A stretch of 63,208 nt of DNA, filler included, from Collodictyon triciliatum (lineage: Eukaryota), in assembly GCA_043381765.1 (NCBI GenBank). It is 3 parts of 3 records of this genome, joined end to end, with 100 filler letters (N's around TTAATTAATTAA, not from the genome) between each part and the next. Parts side by side here need not be neighbours in the genome. Positions count along the whole stretch, not along the records: positions 1 to 17,027 come from JBHJMP010000663.1; 2 more parts are not named here. One strand, 5' to 3'. The translations under genes were made by a program, and so were the position numbers. Shown here piece by piece: positions 1-12,414 of this stretch. The notes under the pieces were generated by a model. The model was not told the DNA's origin and did no database searches. It worked only from the letters and a program-made list of their open reading frames with translations. Position 1 is the first letter of the stretch. Each line of letters opens with the position of its first letter.

Positions 1-730
1 AAAAAAAAAAAAAAAAAAAAGATGAAAAAGAAGATGAAAAAGAAAATGAAAAAGAAGATGAAAAGGAAGATGAAAAAGAAGATGAAAAAGAAGATGAAAA
101 AGAAGACGAAAAAGAAGATGAAAAAGAAGATGAAAAAGAAGATGAAAAGGAAGATGAAAAAGAAGATGAAAAAGAAAATGAAAAAGAAGATGAAAAAGAA
201 GATGAAAAAGAAGATGAAAAAGAAGATGAAAAGAAGATGAAAAAGAAAATGAAAAAGAAAATGAAAATGAAAAAGAAGATGAAAAAGAAGATGAAAAAGA
301 AGATGAAAAGAATATGAGAAAGAAGATGAAAAAGAAGATGAAAATGAAAATGAAAATGAAAATGAAAATGAAAATGAAAATGAAAAAGAAGATGAAAAGG
401 AAAAGGAAAAGGAAAAGGAAAAGGAAAAGGAAAAGAAAAGGAAAAAGAAAAAGAAAAGAAAAAGAAAAAGAAAAAGAAAAGGAAAAGGAAAAGGAAAAGG
501 AAAAGGAAAAGGAAAAGGAAAAGAAAATGAAAATGAAAATGAAAAAGAAAAAGAAAATGAAAAAGAAAAAGAAAAGAGAAAGAGAAAAGGAAAAAGAGAA
601 AGAAAAGAGAAAGAAAAGGTAAAAGAAAAAGAAAAGGAAAAGGAAATGAAAAAGAGAAAGGGAAAGGAAAAGGAAAAGGAAAAGATAAAGATAAAGATAA
701 AGATAAAGATAAAGATAAAGATAAAGAGAA
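1..730. repeat. Compound purine-rich tandem repeat (GATGAAAAAGAA, GAAAAT, GAAAAG, GATAAA units) inside a MIOS intron
   Basis: Units are directly visible. The tract lies beyond the minus-strand donor at 742-743. The K/M/E-rich ORFs here are artefacts. Confidence 0.95.
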
Positions 731-743
731 ATAGAGCCTATAC

Positions 744-3015
744 TTCGAAAGTCAAAGAGTCGAATCGTTTTAAATCCCGAGCCGGTAAGGAGAACTGAGT
801 TTGTATTTGGGACCCAGGCAAGAGATGTCTATTTGAAGCGATAATGAATTGATATAAAGGAAAAAAGGAATGACTTGTAAATGTCCTTGATAAATTATCT
901 TTGATTAGCTCAGCTTATATGATGATGGCATGGTTTGGTGTTGAATATAAAAGTTTGTATTGATGTTGCAAATTTTCCTCTATATTCCATTGAAGGTATA
1001 TTATTTGTATTACAATAGAATCTGAAGGTGAAAATTCCAAATGAGGCTTCGTGATGGCTTCAGAGGATATGTCAGAAGATATGTTGAAACTTATGTCAAC
1101 ATTTCCACTGAGATATGCAATCACCAATTAGTATACAATGGGGATTTGATTCAGTATGTCTTAAAAATAACATACAAGATAGCCTTTAATTTTATATGAT
1201 TGGTGTTTATGTAGATATTTTGAGAGAAAATAATCAGAACAAATTTTAATAAAAAAAATTAAATGCATTGTATTTATCATTCATTCACCCTTATGTATGA
1301 TATTGTTAACTTCATACAAGAAAACAGGTAATTCAAATATCAGAAGATATGAAAAAAATATAATTGCGATTCAAAAATTCATTTTAAGTGTGAATGTACC
1401 TTCCAAAGTCACGCTGGCCTATGAAATCTCCTGCCCCAGAGAATTTCGCTGCCTGTACAATTTGAAGAATAATTAGAAATTCACGAAATCAAAGGTTTTC
1501 GGTATCATTTATAATAAAAATGGATATTAAATAAAGGAAAACACACTCATACAAATAAGCTACCTGTTTCAAACGGTTTTGTTGTCCGTCATCTATTGTT
1601 ATAATATGGTGTGAGGAGTTGCTAGGCTAGGCTTTCTTGAAATTTGGGAGAGATAAGAGCTAAACTGGATATATCAATAATATACAGCATTTATAATAAG
1701 ACATATATGCCTTTCTGGTTGATATCCCAAATCATGACACTGTTGTCTCGGTTGGCCTTTTCATAACCAACAGCCAGTTGATTCGGATTCACGGGATTCC
1801 AAGCTACGGCATTGCATGTTCGGCTATCGAATTAGGACTCAGAAGAAGAAAAACAAAGTAGATCAATTCTTTCCCATTTTATTCAAGATGCTGTTTAAAA
1901 TGATAATCTTTGAAAGTTTTAACTCAGTCTTAAGATAGCGACCCCAAAACATTTTATACTAATTTAAGCAACCTCTCTTTGTTATATTTACTACGAATTT
2001 CATGGGAAACAGTATAAAATAGTCATACGCAGGCCGCGGAACAAACTCCTTTACTATTTTCGAAGTGGTGGAAAATGATGTCAATGATATTTTTCCAGAT
2101 TGCGTGGCTACCGCGAGCAGCAACGGGTCGCTTTTATCCGGTGACCAGGCTACATTCTGTAGAAAAGGTTTTTTCATTTAAAAAAATCATGTGGTCCAAC
2201 CTCTTGTTTGCAACCGTGATTACTCAGAGAAGGGAATATAAAATAAACCCATAGATTTACCTTTATAAACTGTATTTCTGTGTTTACATTGACGAGTGAT
2301 ATTGTCTTTTTCTTTTCTCCAGGTTCAGCAGGTTCCACTTAAGAATTTCGGCCAATCACGATAATGGTTAGGAGCAATTATCAGTTTTCGAATTATGAAC
2401 CAACATATATTTTTTTCAAAAGACTGCCGTCCTGGTGGCTACTTATGAATTCGATTCTAGCTTTTTAATATGTATCCATTCAAAAATGATTTATAGAATC
2501 AAATAAAAACCAGTAGGGAAATCCCCTGTTTCATCTGCAGCAGACGGAACGAGAACACGGCCCTACATGTTCAATTTGTATGTTCAGGGAAACAAATAAA
2601 ATAATCTATAAAGCACTGCGACACAATCGTAGTGGTTAGTTTTCATGCAGGGGAATGATAAGCCAGTAATTCTAGTCTATAAAATCGAAAGAAAAATAAT
2701 GTGGTTAAGGCATATGAAGCTCGTTTATGAAACTCGTATATGCACATTACTGCAAGAATAAAGGCATCAATAAAACTCGGGTATCAATGAGACGTGCATC
2801 TCGGATTTTGACATAAAAATTATTGTCTAAAAAAAAACTGTAATATGGCGATGTAAGCAAAAGTAATAAATAGTAGATAAAGGAAATAACATATATAAGA
2901 CCTTTGATCGATCGTTGATTTCGTAAAGCCGGAAGTCAGCAGAAACAACGCAGAATTTACTCGGATCGTGGGGAGACCAGTGAATCGACCACTTGTTTCT
3001 CTGCGCTTGGTTCAT
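744..3015 (-). CDS. MIOS: GATOR2 complex WD40 subunit MIOS/Sea4, 5' part (about 9 exons; gene continues off the left edge)
   Basis: Spliced translation reads MNQAQRNKWSIHWSPHDPSKFCVV...NVAWSPDKSDPLLLAVATQSGKISLTSF...KEFVPR...CNAVAWNPVNPNQLAVGYEKANRDNSVMIWDI...SLAWVPNTNSVLLTGSGFKTIRLFDFR. This is collinear with the MIOS N-terminus (KEFVPK, CNTLAWNP, SVLIWDI, IFDLR). Confidence 0.85.
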
Positions 3016-4041
3016 TCTTGATCCTAAGCGCCAATACGGACGGAAGTGTTCCTGCAAGACAGCAAGAGAGAGGGAGGGAGAGAGAATATAATAGTTTTTT
3101 TTTTTTTTCCTATATTCGATTAAAAAAGAAAAGAATAGAGATGAAGAGAGGGGTAGAGGCGAGAGATGCAAATCTGTATTTCTGATCCCTTCTTGCTAGT
3201 CTGAGTCCAAAACGCTCGCCCCTTCCCTATCGCAGGCTCGCTGATTAGTCCGAATACAGGTTGCGGTTGCTGTGGAAGATCGCCGCAGAACGCTTCAGAA
3301 TGATACTGTACCCCGCACCAGGTCAGGTTGGGCGTTGAGGTATGAGCTGTGCATATTTATACAAATAGTGCATTATTATATTTATCCAGTACTTAATGTG
3401 TCGTTATAGTTGACTACCTATGGAAAAAAATTCATATTTTTTTATATTCCACAACTGTATATTGACCTTATCACCCACAGTATCAATAGCTAAGTATCCC
3501 GCCCTTCGGATTCTTAGTTAAGAATTCATATATAAAGCAGTGCAAAAGCTATATATTTCCTAAAACACTCATCATTTTTCGATGAAAACGGACTCTTGAA
3601 GACAACACCACAACCCAATTGATTGCATCATTTACCCAAATCAGGCCAATAATCCCGCCCACTTGCCCGGTACATAAGTGGGTGATGAAAAGTCGCGGCA
3701 ATTTTCTCCTGCTCCGCCCGACTATTTATAGCCGGCTTAGCCAAAGGGGAAAGTTTAGTTGCTCGCGGGTGTCTTGTCCATGTAATCAAGAGCAGCAAGA
3801 ATACCGGGAGCTTCGAATACACGGGACGCGGCCGAACCAAACGAAACCAACCAAGACCATCGAAGAATACAGAAGGACGATTCGATCCCACAGCACTGAT
3901 GTGTGCAGAAGAATATCTCTGTGATGGGGAGAGGCCGCGCCTTCGAGGGGTGGATCGAGCACAGGACAGTTCGTCAGGCGCTCGTCACAAGGCCCGCGGC
4001 AGTCACTCACTAAAACCACGTCATCTTTTCCCTTGCTGTAG

Positions 4042-7000
4042 ATGAACAAGACATTCGTTCTTCTTGTCCTGGCTGCTGTCTGCGCCTTTGCAGTCGCACA
4101 CAAGCCCGGTGAGTCTTGGAATACCCTCCTCTTCCCTAAACTCCTCGCCACGTGTGCATGCTTTGTGACAATCTGCGCAGCCACACCAAAACTGCAGATC
4201 ACAGCCTCACCGCCATTCTCCTCCCCTACTTTATCTACTTTTTTTTTCTCTGGCTCTCTACTGATTTGCCCTTGCCAACACAAACCACCTTATACTCGAC
4301 ACCGCTATCGCTCACTCACTAAGCGCTTCGTCTAGGTGCCAACCGTGTCTCCTTCGCTCCCCAGATAGTGCCGGAATATCACGTGAACCAGCAGAATGGT
4401 AAGCTCCTTTAACATTCACGTCCTTCTCTGCCGAAATACTGTTTAGTTTCCCTTGACCCAACCCAGAGCTCGCCCTCTTTTATATGATCACTTCTGACGA
4501 GTGGCTCTAGGAACTCTCGTCCCCTTCACTGCCCCCCTTGCTGACCGCTTCGACGCCAGGGAGGTCGCCGTCCAGTTTGCCGCTCAAATCTTGAAGGCCA
4601 ACGGCGAGTTCATCGTGAAGGACCTCTACACAACCGAGCACAACGGTGTTACCCACGTCTACCTTCGCCAGACCATCAACGGTCTGGAAGTCCTGAACGG
4701 TGACATGAACGTATGTAGCTGATTAGTCACGCCGCAACTATGTTTTGACGTCCTTTAGCTCCCTTTCTATCAAGACCACGATACCTTCACGGCTCTAACT
4801 CTTTGAACGCTTCACCGCCAATCAGATCAACATCGGTCGCGACGGACAGGTCAGTTATCAAGTTATCTCTTGTGTCTCTCTGATGCCCCAGCCCTTTTCG
4901 TGTCAAGGCACCGCCCGTGCACTAATCCTCAGACCGGAAAACTGTTCGTAGGTCCTTAGCTTCGGTAAGAGCTTCTTCGAGGGCTCCCTTTCCGGCCTTG
5001 CCTCTGTCGCCGACGCCAAGATCAGCCAGTTCGAGGCCCTGAAGGCCCTCTCTGTCCGCACCGGCGTTGCCATGCTCTCCCAGCCCGTTGTTGTCAGCAC
5101 CGAAGGTACATCTTTTTCATTTCACCATCACTGACTATATGTCTCTGCCTTCACCACGTCTTCTGACCTCTCTGATCGCCTGCAGGTGGCGTTGACAAGA
5201 AGACCACCATCCGCCTGCCCTCCCTGTCTCTGGATGACATCCCGATGAGCCTTGCCTACGTCCGCCTCGACGAGTCCTCAGCCACGCCCCTTGCCCTTGT
5301 CTGGCGCGCTGTTCTCCGCCAGGAGGAAGACTGGTTCGATGCCGCTGTCGACGCCCAGCAAGGCCAGGTCCGCATGATGCTCAACTGGGTCAGCGATGCC
5401 CAGTACAACGTCTACCGCCCCCCTGTCAATGACCCCGAAGACGGTACCCGCTCTGTCCATGTCGACCCTCAGACCATCAACCCCACTGCCTCGCCCATTG
5501 GATGGCACGACCGCGGGTCCAATGGCGGTGTCAGCTACCTCACCATTGTAAGTGCCAACGCCGACACGCATAACAGGCAGCCACATATTATTCCGCAAAC
5601 CTTAACTCATCCACGCCGTTCATATACAGGGTAACAACGTCTACGCTCAGGAGAACTTGCGCGGTGGATCCTCATGGGAGAACAACTACCGCCCCAACGG
5701 AGGTGTCAACTTCAACTTCGACTTCCCACTGGACCTTTCTAAGGTACGCATTACGTCCCATCTCCGGTATTTCGGTGCCGATAAACTGCAAGAAACTCAC
5801 ATCGCTGAATATTGACACCCTTGTATGCCACAGGATCCCAGCCAGTACTTGGACCCCTCCATCACCAACCTCTTCTACATCAACAACGTCATACATGATG
5901 TCTTCTACCAGGTAAAAACTACCCTCAAACTCGCTTGTTATAATGTGTGGTGAGCGGCTTTCTATCTCAAAGCTTCGATAATCTAGTACGGATTCACCGA
6001 GTCTGCTGGTAACTTCCAAGAGACCAACTTTGGTCGTGGAGGACGAGAGTTCGACGCCGTTCAGGCCAACGCCCAAGACGGAGCCGGCTACAACAACGGT
6101 GAGTGTGTCTTAAAGCACGACGGCTATAACGAAGCAGAAAGGGAAAGAAAATTCCCATCGAGAAAGGGCATCCACAGCCCTTTATCGTACACCACAACCT
6201 GGACTGACTCTTGATACATCACAGCCAACTTCGCCACCCCTCCTGATGGCCAGCGCCCGAGAATGCGCATGTACGTCTGGAACGGATTCAACCCCTTCCG
6301 CGACGGTGACTTTGAGAACTCGATCATCGTCCACGAGTGAGTTTCGATCAAACCACCACCACCTTTCTCTATCATCGCCAGCTCACGAAAAGCTTCCTTG
6401 CTCACAACACACACTTCCATGCGACGTGCACAGATACGGACACGGTATCTCCAACCGCCTGACTGGTGGACCCTCCAACTCTGGATGCCTCGGCTCCGGA
6501 CAAAGGTATGGTACCGCTTGACCCGCCGGCCTCCCTTTGCCACGCACACTCGGTGTTTATCATACGACCACGCCTTCACGCCCGCTTGAGCCCAAGTCTA
6601 ACAGCATCCTCTGCGGGTGGTTTCTCACAACACAGCGGAGGCATGGGCGAGGGCTGGTCCGACCTGTGGGGCATAATGTTCAAGCAGCGCTCGTACAACA
6701 GCCGCAACGACGTCCTGCCCATGGGCGACTACGTCTACCCGGGCGGTATCCGCTACTACCCATACACCTCCGACATGCGCATCAACCCGCAGGTACAACC
6801 ACCTCCCTCACCGCCATGACCGTACCACACCACACACACATTCGCATTCACATTCACACCGCAACCGGCCCGCCCACGCGCAGACCTTCGCCTTCATCAA
6901 CGGCGCCGACTACAGCGGCGTGCACGCAAAGGGCTCCGTCTGGTGCGCCATCCTGTGGGAGGTCTACTGGAACATGGTGGAGAAGCACGGCTTCAGCAGC

Positions 7001-7246
7001 GACCTGTACTACGGCAAGGCCGGCAACAACCAGTTCCTCCGCAACGTGGTGGACGGACTCAAGCTCCAGCCCTGCAGCCCCAACTTCATCCAGGCCCGCG
7101 ACGCCATCCTGCAGGCCGACTCCATCAACCACGGCGGCGCCAACGTCTGCGAGATGTGGCGCGGCTTTGCCAAGCGCGGGCTCGGCGTCTCCGCTGCCAA
7201 CGGTGTCCGCGTGACCGAGGCCTTCGACGTCCCCTCCACCTGCTAA
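4042..7246 (+). CDS. Secreted M36 fungalysin metallopeptidase (signal peptide, FTP propeptide, catalytic domain; 13 exons)
   Basis: Signal peptide [19 protein letters not shown]. Propeptide [13 protein letters not shown]. Catalytic motifs [34 protein letters not shown] (split by intron 6337-6433), GGMGEGWSD and [22 protein letters not shown]. The GT-AG introns keep the frame. Confidence 0.95.
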
Positions 7247-7411
7247 GTGCCCCACCCCGCTCCACCCATAGACACGCAGTATAAACGTCCGCCCTCCTCC
7301 CTTTCTTTTGCCCAGCCGTGTCTCTCTGTCTCTTATCTTCGCTTGCGCTTCTCTTTGCTCACGGCTTCATTATGTGCATGTGTTCTGGCGGGAGAAGGCT
7401 TCGCCTCGCCC

Positions 7412-10400
7412 TCAGGGGACGTGGATATTTGCGACGGCAAGCGCAAAGGCCACAAGCGGGGTGAGCGGCTGCCGGAAACCCACGGTGAAGCAGTGCTGCG
7501 ACTTCTGTCCGCACTGGAAGGCCACCCCTGCGTCATGTGGGTCTGTGCGTCAGTGTCTGTGTCTGTGTCTGTGTCTGTCTGTCTGTCTGCTGTACCTTGT
7601 GGGCCGATCTTGCCGGTCGTCAGCTGGGCGTTCCTGTGGGACGGGAGGACTTGGCGTCCGTGGAAGTTTGGCGGCGGGGACTTTCCTCCTAGGGGAATTT
7701 GCTGGCTTCAGTGCCTTTGTTGCCTGCTTCAGCCTCTCGGTTTGCTGTGCTTTGTTTTTTCTTTTCTTTTCTTTTCTTTTCTTTTCTTTTTTTTGGTTTT
7801 GTTTTTCTTTGCTTTGTGTTTTAGTTTGTGTGGGCGTACGCGTGAAGCGGGCCGGAGCCTTGTTTTCGAGGACTTGGAGCAGGGGCGAGCGAGGCTGCTT
7901 CTTGTAGATGCGGGACAGACTCGCGAGGCGCTGGGCCGGGGAGTCTGCTGTGTCGGCGCCACGACCTTGGGCAGGGAGGATCAGCCGGAGACAGCGGGGC
8001 GCCTTGCGGACCTGAGCATGTTGGTGGTGTTGGCTGCGTTCAGCTCGGAGAGGATGCATCCTATCTTGTCATGGCGCGTTGTATCCATTTTCTTTTTTCT
8101 ATTCTTTCTCTTGCAGTGGTTATTGTGTGATGTTGTAGGTTCGGCGGGTGATGAGGGAAAACATACAATGTACAGAACAGCGACGTTCATTTTCGTGAAG
8201 CGGAGTTTCTCTTTCGGGTTTGAATCGGGACTGGGTGGAATCTGCCGCGTGAATAGGAAGACTTTGTACTTCGTGCCAGTGAGGTTGGACCTGAGTTGTT
8301 TTTGGTCATCATTATCATTCTGCGATGGAAATAAATGAGGGCAGCGGTGAAGAGGCAAGGTTACAAAAATAAGAGGAAAAATAAAAGCGGGCTGAAGAGT
8401 GGCGAGGTGAAAGGATTATTCGGTAGAGGGCGGGAGATAGTGTGTCTGTGAATAGATGGTTAATATTGAAGCAGGAGTATTATGATGCATAGGAAGTTGC
8501 CAACATTCCCACCATCTTGGGCAAAATTGAAAGAATTTAAAAAATATGATGCATATAAAGTGAACATGAGGTGGCCATCAATAAAGGAAAAAAAGGAAGG
8601 AAAAAAAAGGGGGAGAGAAGACTAAGTACTTTATGCTTCCAATCGGTGCCGAAGGAATGCCCTTAGTAACATCTCCACACCTCTCGATGATGTAATGGAC
8701 AGACCCCGACTTGACCTGTGGCAATGCCATTTACGCCAGAACATAGAAACAAACATATGAAGAAAAAATATGAAAAAGAAAAAGTAAAAGTAAAAACCCA
8801 TTTGGCCAGGCACAAAATTCTAGAACAAGTTATGTAAAATAGTATTTACACGTTTATAAGATTAAGAATAAGACCTTGTTATGAGCTCGTAGTATTGGGC
8901 GTCGGCTAAGGCAAGGTTGCATTACATAATAGTCTTTGTTGGATACTAGTTTTTGATAAACTTCACATTCTAAAAATGACTCCGAAGTGTATCTACATTT
9001 TATTTTACGACAAAAAAAGAAGCATTAATAATAAGCATTAATATCTATAAATATTGACCTCTTTGAATTGAATAAAGGGAAAAAACTGTAAATACCAGTC
9101 TGACATATTAGTAAATACAAATGGTAGGTTAACAATATCATAAATCCATATATTAGTGTTACTCTGTTGAAAAGTTAATTTGACGCATGTAGGAATAGGG
9201 TGAAGTCCGAGGGCTCGAGGTTGTTGATCCGTAGTCTGATATGGACCCAGTGCTGGCCCACATGCTTGGAGAACCAGTGGAATAAGATATTGGACTTACA
9301 TCCGAAAAAGAGTCTCCTGGCCCAGCAACTTCCTCTATCTCGGAATCTGTCCCAGAGTCCTCGGAAGGTCCTTCGTTTTCGCTCGCAATCTTATGGTGAG
9401 AGCTTTTTTACCCCGCATAAAAACAATCAGAATATCAATATGAGCATATTATCCAATATTAGCTACAAGAGGATGTAATGAAGTTACAAGTATCAAAATA
9501 GTTTGTTGAAAAAAATAGGAACTTTGGAGTGCGTAAAATATCACACTATCGGTAAATTGTAATTTAAAAAGCAATTTTTTTTAGAATGAAAAAATCAGGA
9601 CAAAAGAAAAAGAAACAGAAAAAGAAACAGAAAAAGAAACAGAAAAAGAAACAGAAAAAGAAACAGAAAAAGAAAAAGAAAAAGAAAAAGAAAAAGAAAA
9701 AGATCGAGTCATTAGGTAGGACAAAGTATATGTAAGAAAAAAAATAGGAAAATTTAAATAATAAGACATGACAAAATATACATTTGATGTGATGTATCCG
9801 CTAACATAGTACTCTTCGAGTCTTGTAGTATTGTTTGTGTGGCCAGAGACACCCCAGGCTGATGTATTTTAGGTGACTTTTGAGAATTAATATCGACTTG
9901 AAATTCTTCAGTGACATGCAGCTTTGGGGTAGCTTCTCCCATAGGGTTAATATGGTCGACTGATGAGTGATCCTTGTGATTAACATTTTGTGAATTCTCT
10001 TCTAAATCTTTATCTAGATCTTCATTTGACGGCTCCTTTATTTCTTCCGATAATGACTGGTGAGACTTGAAACCCGAATGAAACTCATTTGAAGAGGTTT
10101 CTTTTGAGGAATCGCTTGATTTTCCAGATACTTTCAATTCTCGAAGAGATAAGAAGGATGATTTTTGAGACTCGTGTTGTAATTGAAAGGATTGAGGCTC
10201 ATGTCTCGTCTGCTCTTCTTGAGCAGTGGGTGATTGATAGCTTCGAAAGGATTTCGATGATGAGTATCTGGAATAATCGTGAGGGCCAGTTGACGATTCG
10301 TGCATCTCGGAAAAAGAAGAGGAACTGAAAACGTGGTCTTTGGACCGAGAGTAGCTAGTGTGGGGGCTTTGCTTGGGCTCAGGAGGTTTCGATGGATGAG

Positions 10401-11040
10401 AAATACGATCACTCTCTTCAGGTGTACCTTGCGTGTACCGAATTCTACTTGACAAAGAGCCATATAGCTCTTCTGAGAAACTGATAACATTCGGCTTGTA
10501 TGTGGGCAGACAGTCCAAGCAACTCCAATGATTTCTCTCGGTTGCCAAATCATACGGTAAGCGTCCTTGCAGGTCATGAATAAATGGATTGGCTCCAGCT
10601 TTTATGAGGATGCGAACAAGCATATCTGAGCCACGCATGCATGCAATATGTAAGGCGGTCTCTTTGGCGTCGTTCTGGGCATCCACGTTGCAATTTGTTT
10701 GAAGCAGTAGAACCGCTGCTCGGTGGGACGAAACCAAAGCTGCAGAATGCAAAGGCGTGTTTCCATAGCGGTCCCGACAATATGTAGCAGCGCTATTTTG
10801 TATCAAAAGCTTGCATATCTCAGAGTTTTGTGTTTGCACAGCTATATGAAGCGGCGTTTGTCCATATTGGTCTCGAAGATTAAGAACAGCACCGGATCGA
10901 ATCAGTGTGTCCACCACATTTACATGTTGTTCCTGAACTGCGTAATGCAGCGGTGTCATATATTCTTTTGACTGACAATTAATATCAGCATTCGACTGAA
11001 TAAGCAACTGTGCCAGATACGTATCTCCCAAATATGCTGC
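7412..11040 (-). CDS. Ankyrin-repeat protein with Ser-rich linker and C-terminal divergent Tubby domain (5' exon(s) not located)
   Basis: The ANK exon 11040-9782 (TPLHYA, TPLHIA, TPLHSA, TALHIA) splices in phase through ~9402-9186, 8969-8875, 8715-8630 and 8290 onward. Tubby motifs are IKSNLTGTKY, KAPRCLRLILP, VLENKAP, NFHGRQVLPSHRNAQL and FQCGQKSQHCFTVGFRQPLTPLVAFALAV, followed by TGA. Confidence 0.75.
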
Positions 11041-11294
11041 CTAATATAAGAAACAAAAAACAAAAATAAATAAATAAAAACGAAACAAAACAAAACAAAC
11101 AAAACAAACAAAACAAACAAAACAAACAAAACAAACAAAACAAACAAAACAAACAAAACAAACAAAACAAAAAAAACAAAACAAAACAAAACAANNNNNN
11201 NNNNNNNNNNNNNNNNNNNNNNNNNNNNNNNNNNNNNNNNNNNNNNNNNNNNNNNNNNNNNNNNNNNNNNNNNNNNNNNNNNNNNNNNNNNNNN

Positions 11295-11393
11295 AATTCA
11301 CTCTAATTCACTCTAATTCACTCTAATTCACTCTAATTCACTCTAATTCACTCTAATTCACTCTAATTCACTCTAATTCACTCTAATTCACTC
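11295..11393. repeat. 10-bp minisatellite (AATTCACTCT) x~10
   Basis: Directly visible next to an N-gap. Confidence 0.95.
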
Positions 11394-11756
11394 CGATTTA
11401 CTTCACGGCCAACGCAGGCAAACAAAAGCCATGCTTCTGATGATTCCAGACGAAGTGGTCGCAAACACAAAGGAAATCGAAGAGTTTATCGCGAGCACGG
11501 ATTCCTAACGCGCATCCGCAGGCGTTCGACGCTGCAAACACCCTCCACCCAGACTCATGCGAAAACCTGCCGTCCGTATAACACGGAAACCACCACCGCA
11601 AACAACGGCATCAACCCGCACGCTCTCCTTGCTCTGCTTCTCTGCTTGTTTGCTTTTCTACCCGCTTGTTTGCTTTTCTACCTGATTGCTTCTGCTTCAG
11701 GCATTATACCGCACAATCAACACCCGCGTGAGGCTGCTCTGATTAATCCAACCCAA

Positions 11757-11817
<61 letters not shown>

Positions 11818-11908
11818 GAAAAGAAAAGAAAAGAAAAGAAGACGCGTGGCAGTGAGTGGCACCATAAACAACGCTCGGGTGTCTGCGTGTGAGTCTCAAT
11901 GTGCCTTC

Positions 11909-12315
11909 ATGACTAGTTCCATGTCGAGCGGCCGATCCAAGTGGCTGAAGAGCCCCGTTGCAGAGCCGAGCGAAGATAAAGCGCACAACCCAAAAGGAAA
12001 GGGGAAAGAGAAAGAGAAAGAGAAAGAGAAAGAGAAAGAGAAAGAGAAAGAGAGAGAGGTCGCCAAGGCAAAAGCCAAAGGAAAGGACAAAGGGAAAGGG
12101 AAGGGAAAGGGAAAAGGCGATGATAGAGCGCAGATCGAGGCGTCGGGATCCGCTCTTAAGATGGCGGACACTTGTGACTTGAATGAGATTTACCAGCTTT
12201 CTGTTCAGGTTTGCACATACTCTGCTTTTACTTCTTTTTTTTTTTTAATGGTTTGGTTTGGTTTGGTTTGGAGGGTTTTTTTTCCATCGATTCACCTAAG
12301 CAACTTGACCTATAG

Positions 12316-12414
<99 letters not shown>

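Noticed and set aside
22-622. Lys/Met-rich ORFs, and similar poly-F/K/I/N/YIHT ORFs throughout the window
   Set aside because: They are translations of intronic or intergenic microsatellites and N-gaps.
1700-1712. GC donor in MIOS (AAAG|gcatat)
   Set aside because: A nearby GT donor also gives an in-frame model in a non-conserved segment, so it cannot be decided.
3218-3235. GCCCCTTCCCT(CT)ATCGCAG shared with ~56475-56494
   Set aside because: There are only two imperfect copies in different contexts, which is not distinguishable from chance.
7247-8338. 363-aa plus-strand ORF
   Set aside because: It is the antisense shadow of the GC-rich Tubby exons plus repeats.
11295-11393. Short tandem arrays as CRISPR or telomeric repeats (also 20342-20480 and 30731-30838)
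   Set aside because: They have no spacers and no G-rich telomere-type unit. They are ordinary mini- or microsatellites.
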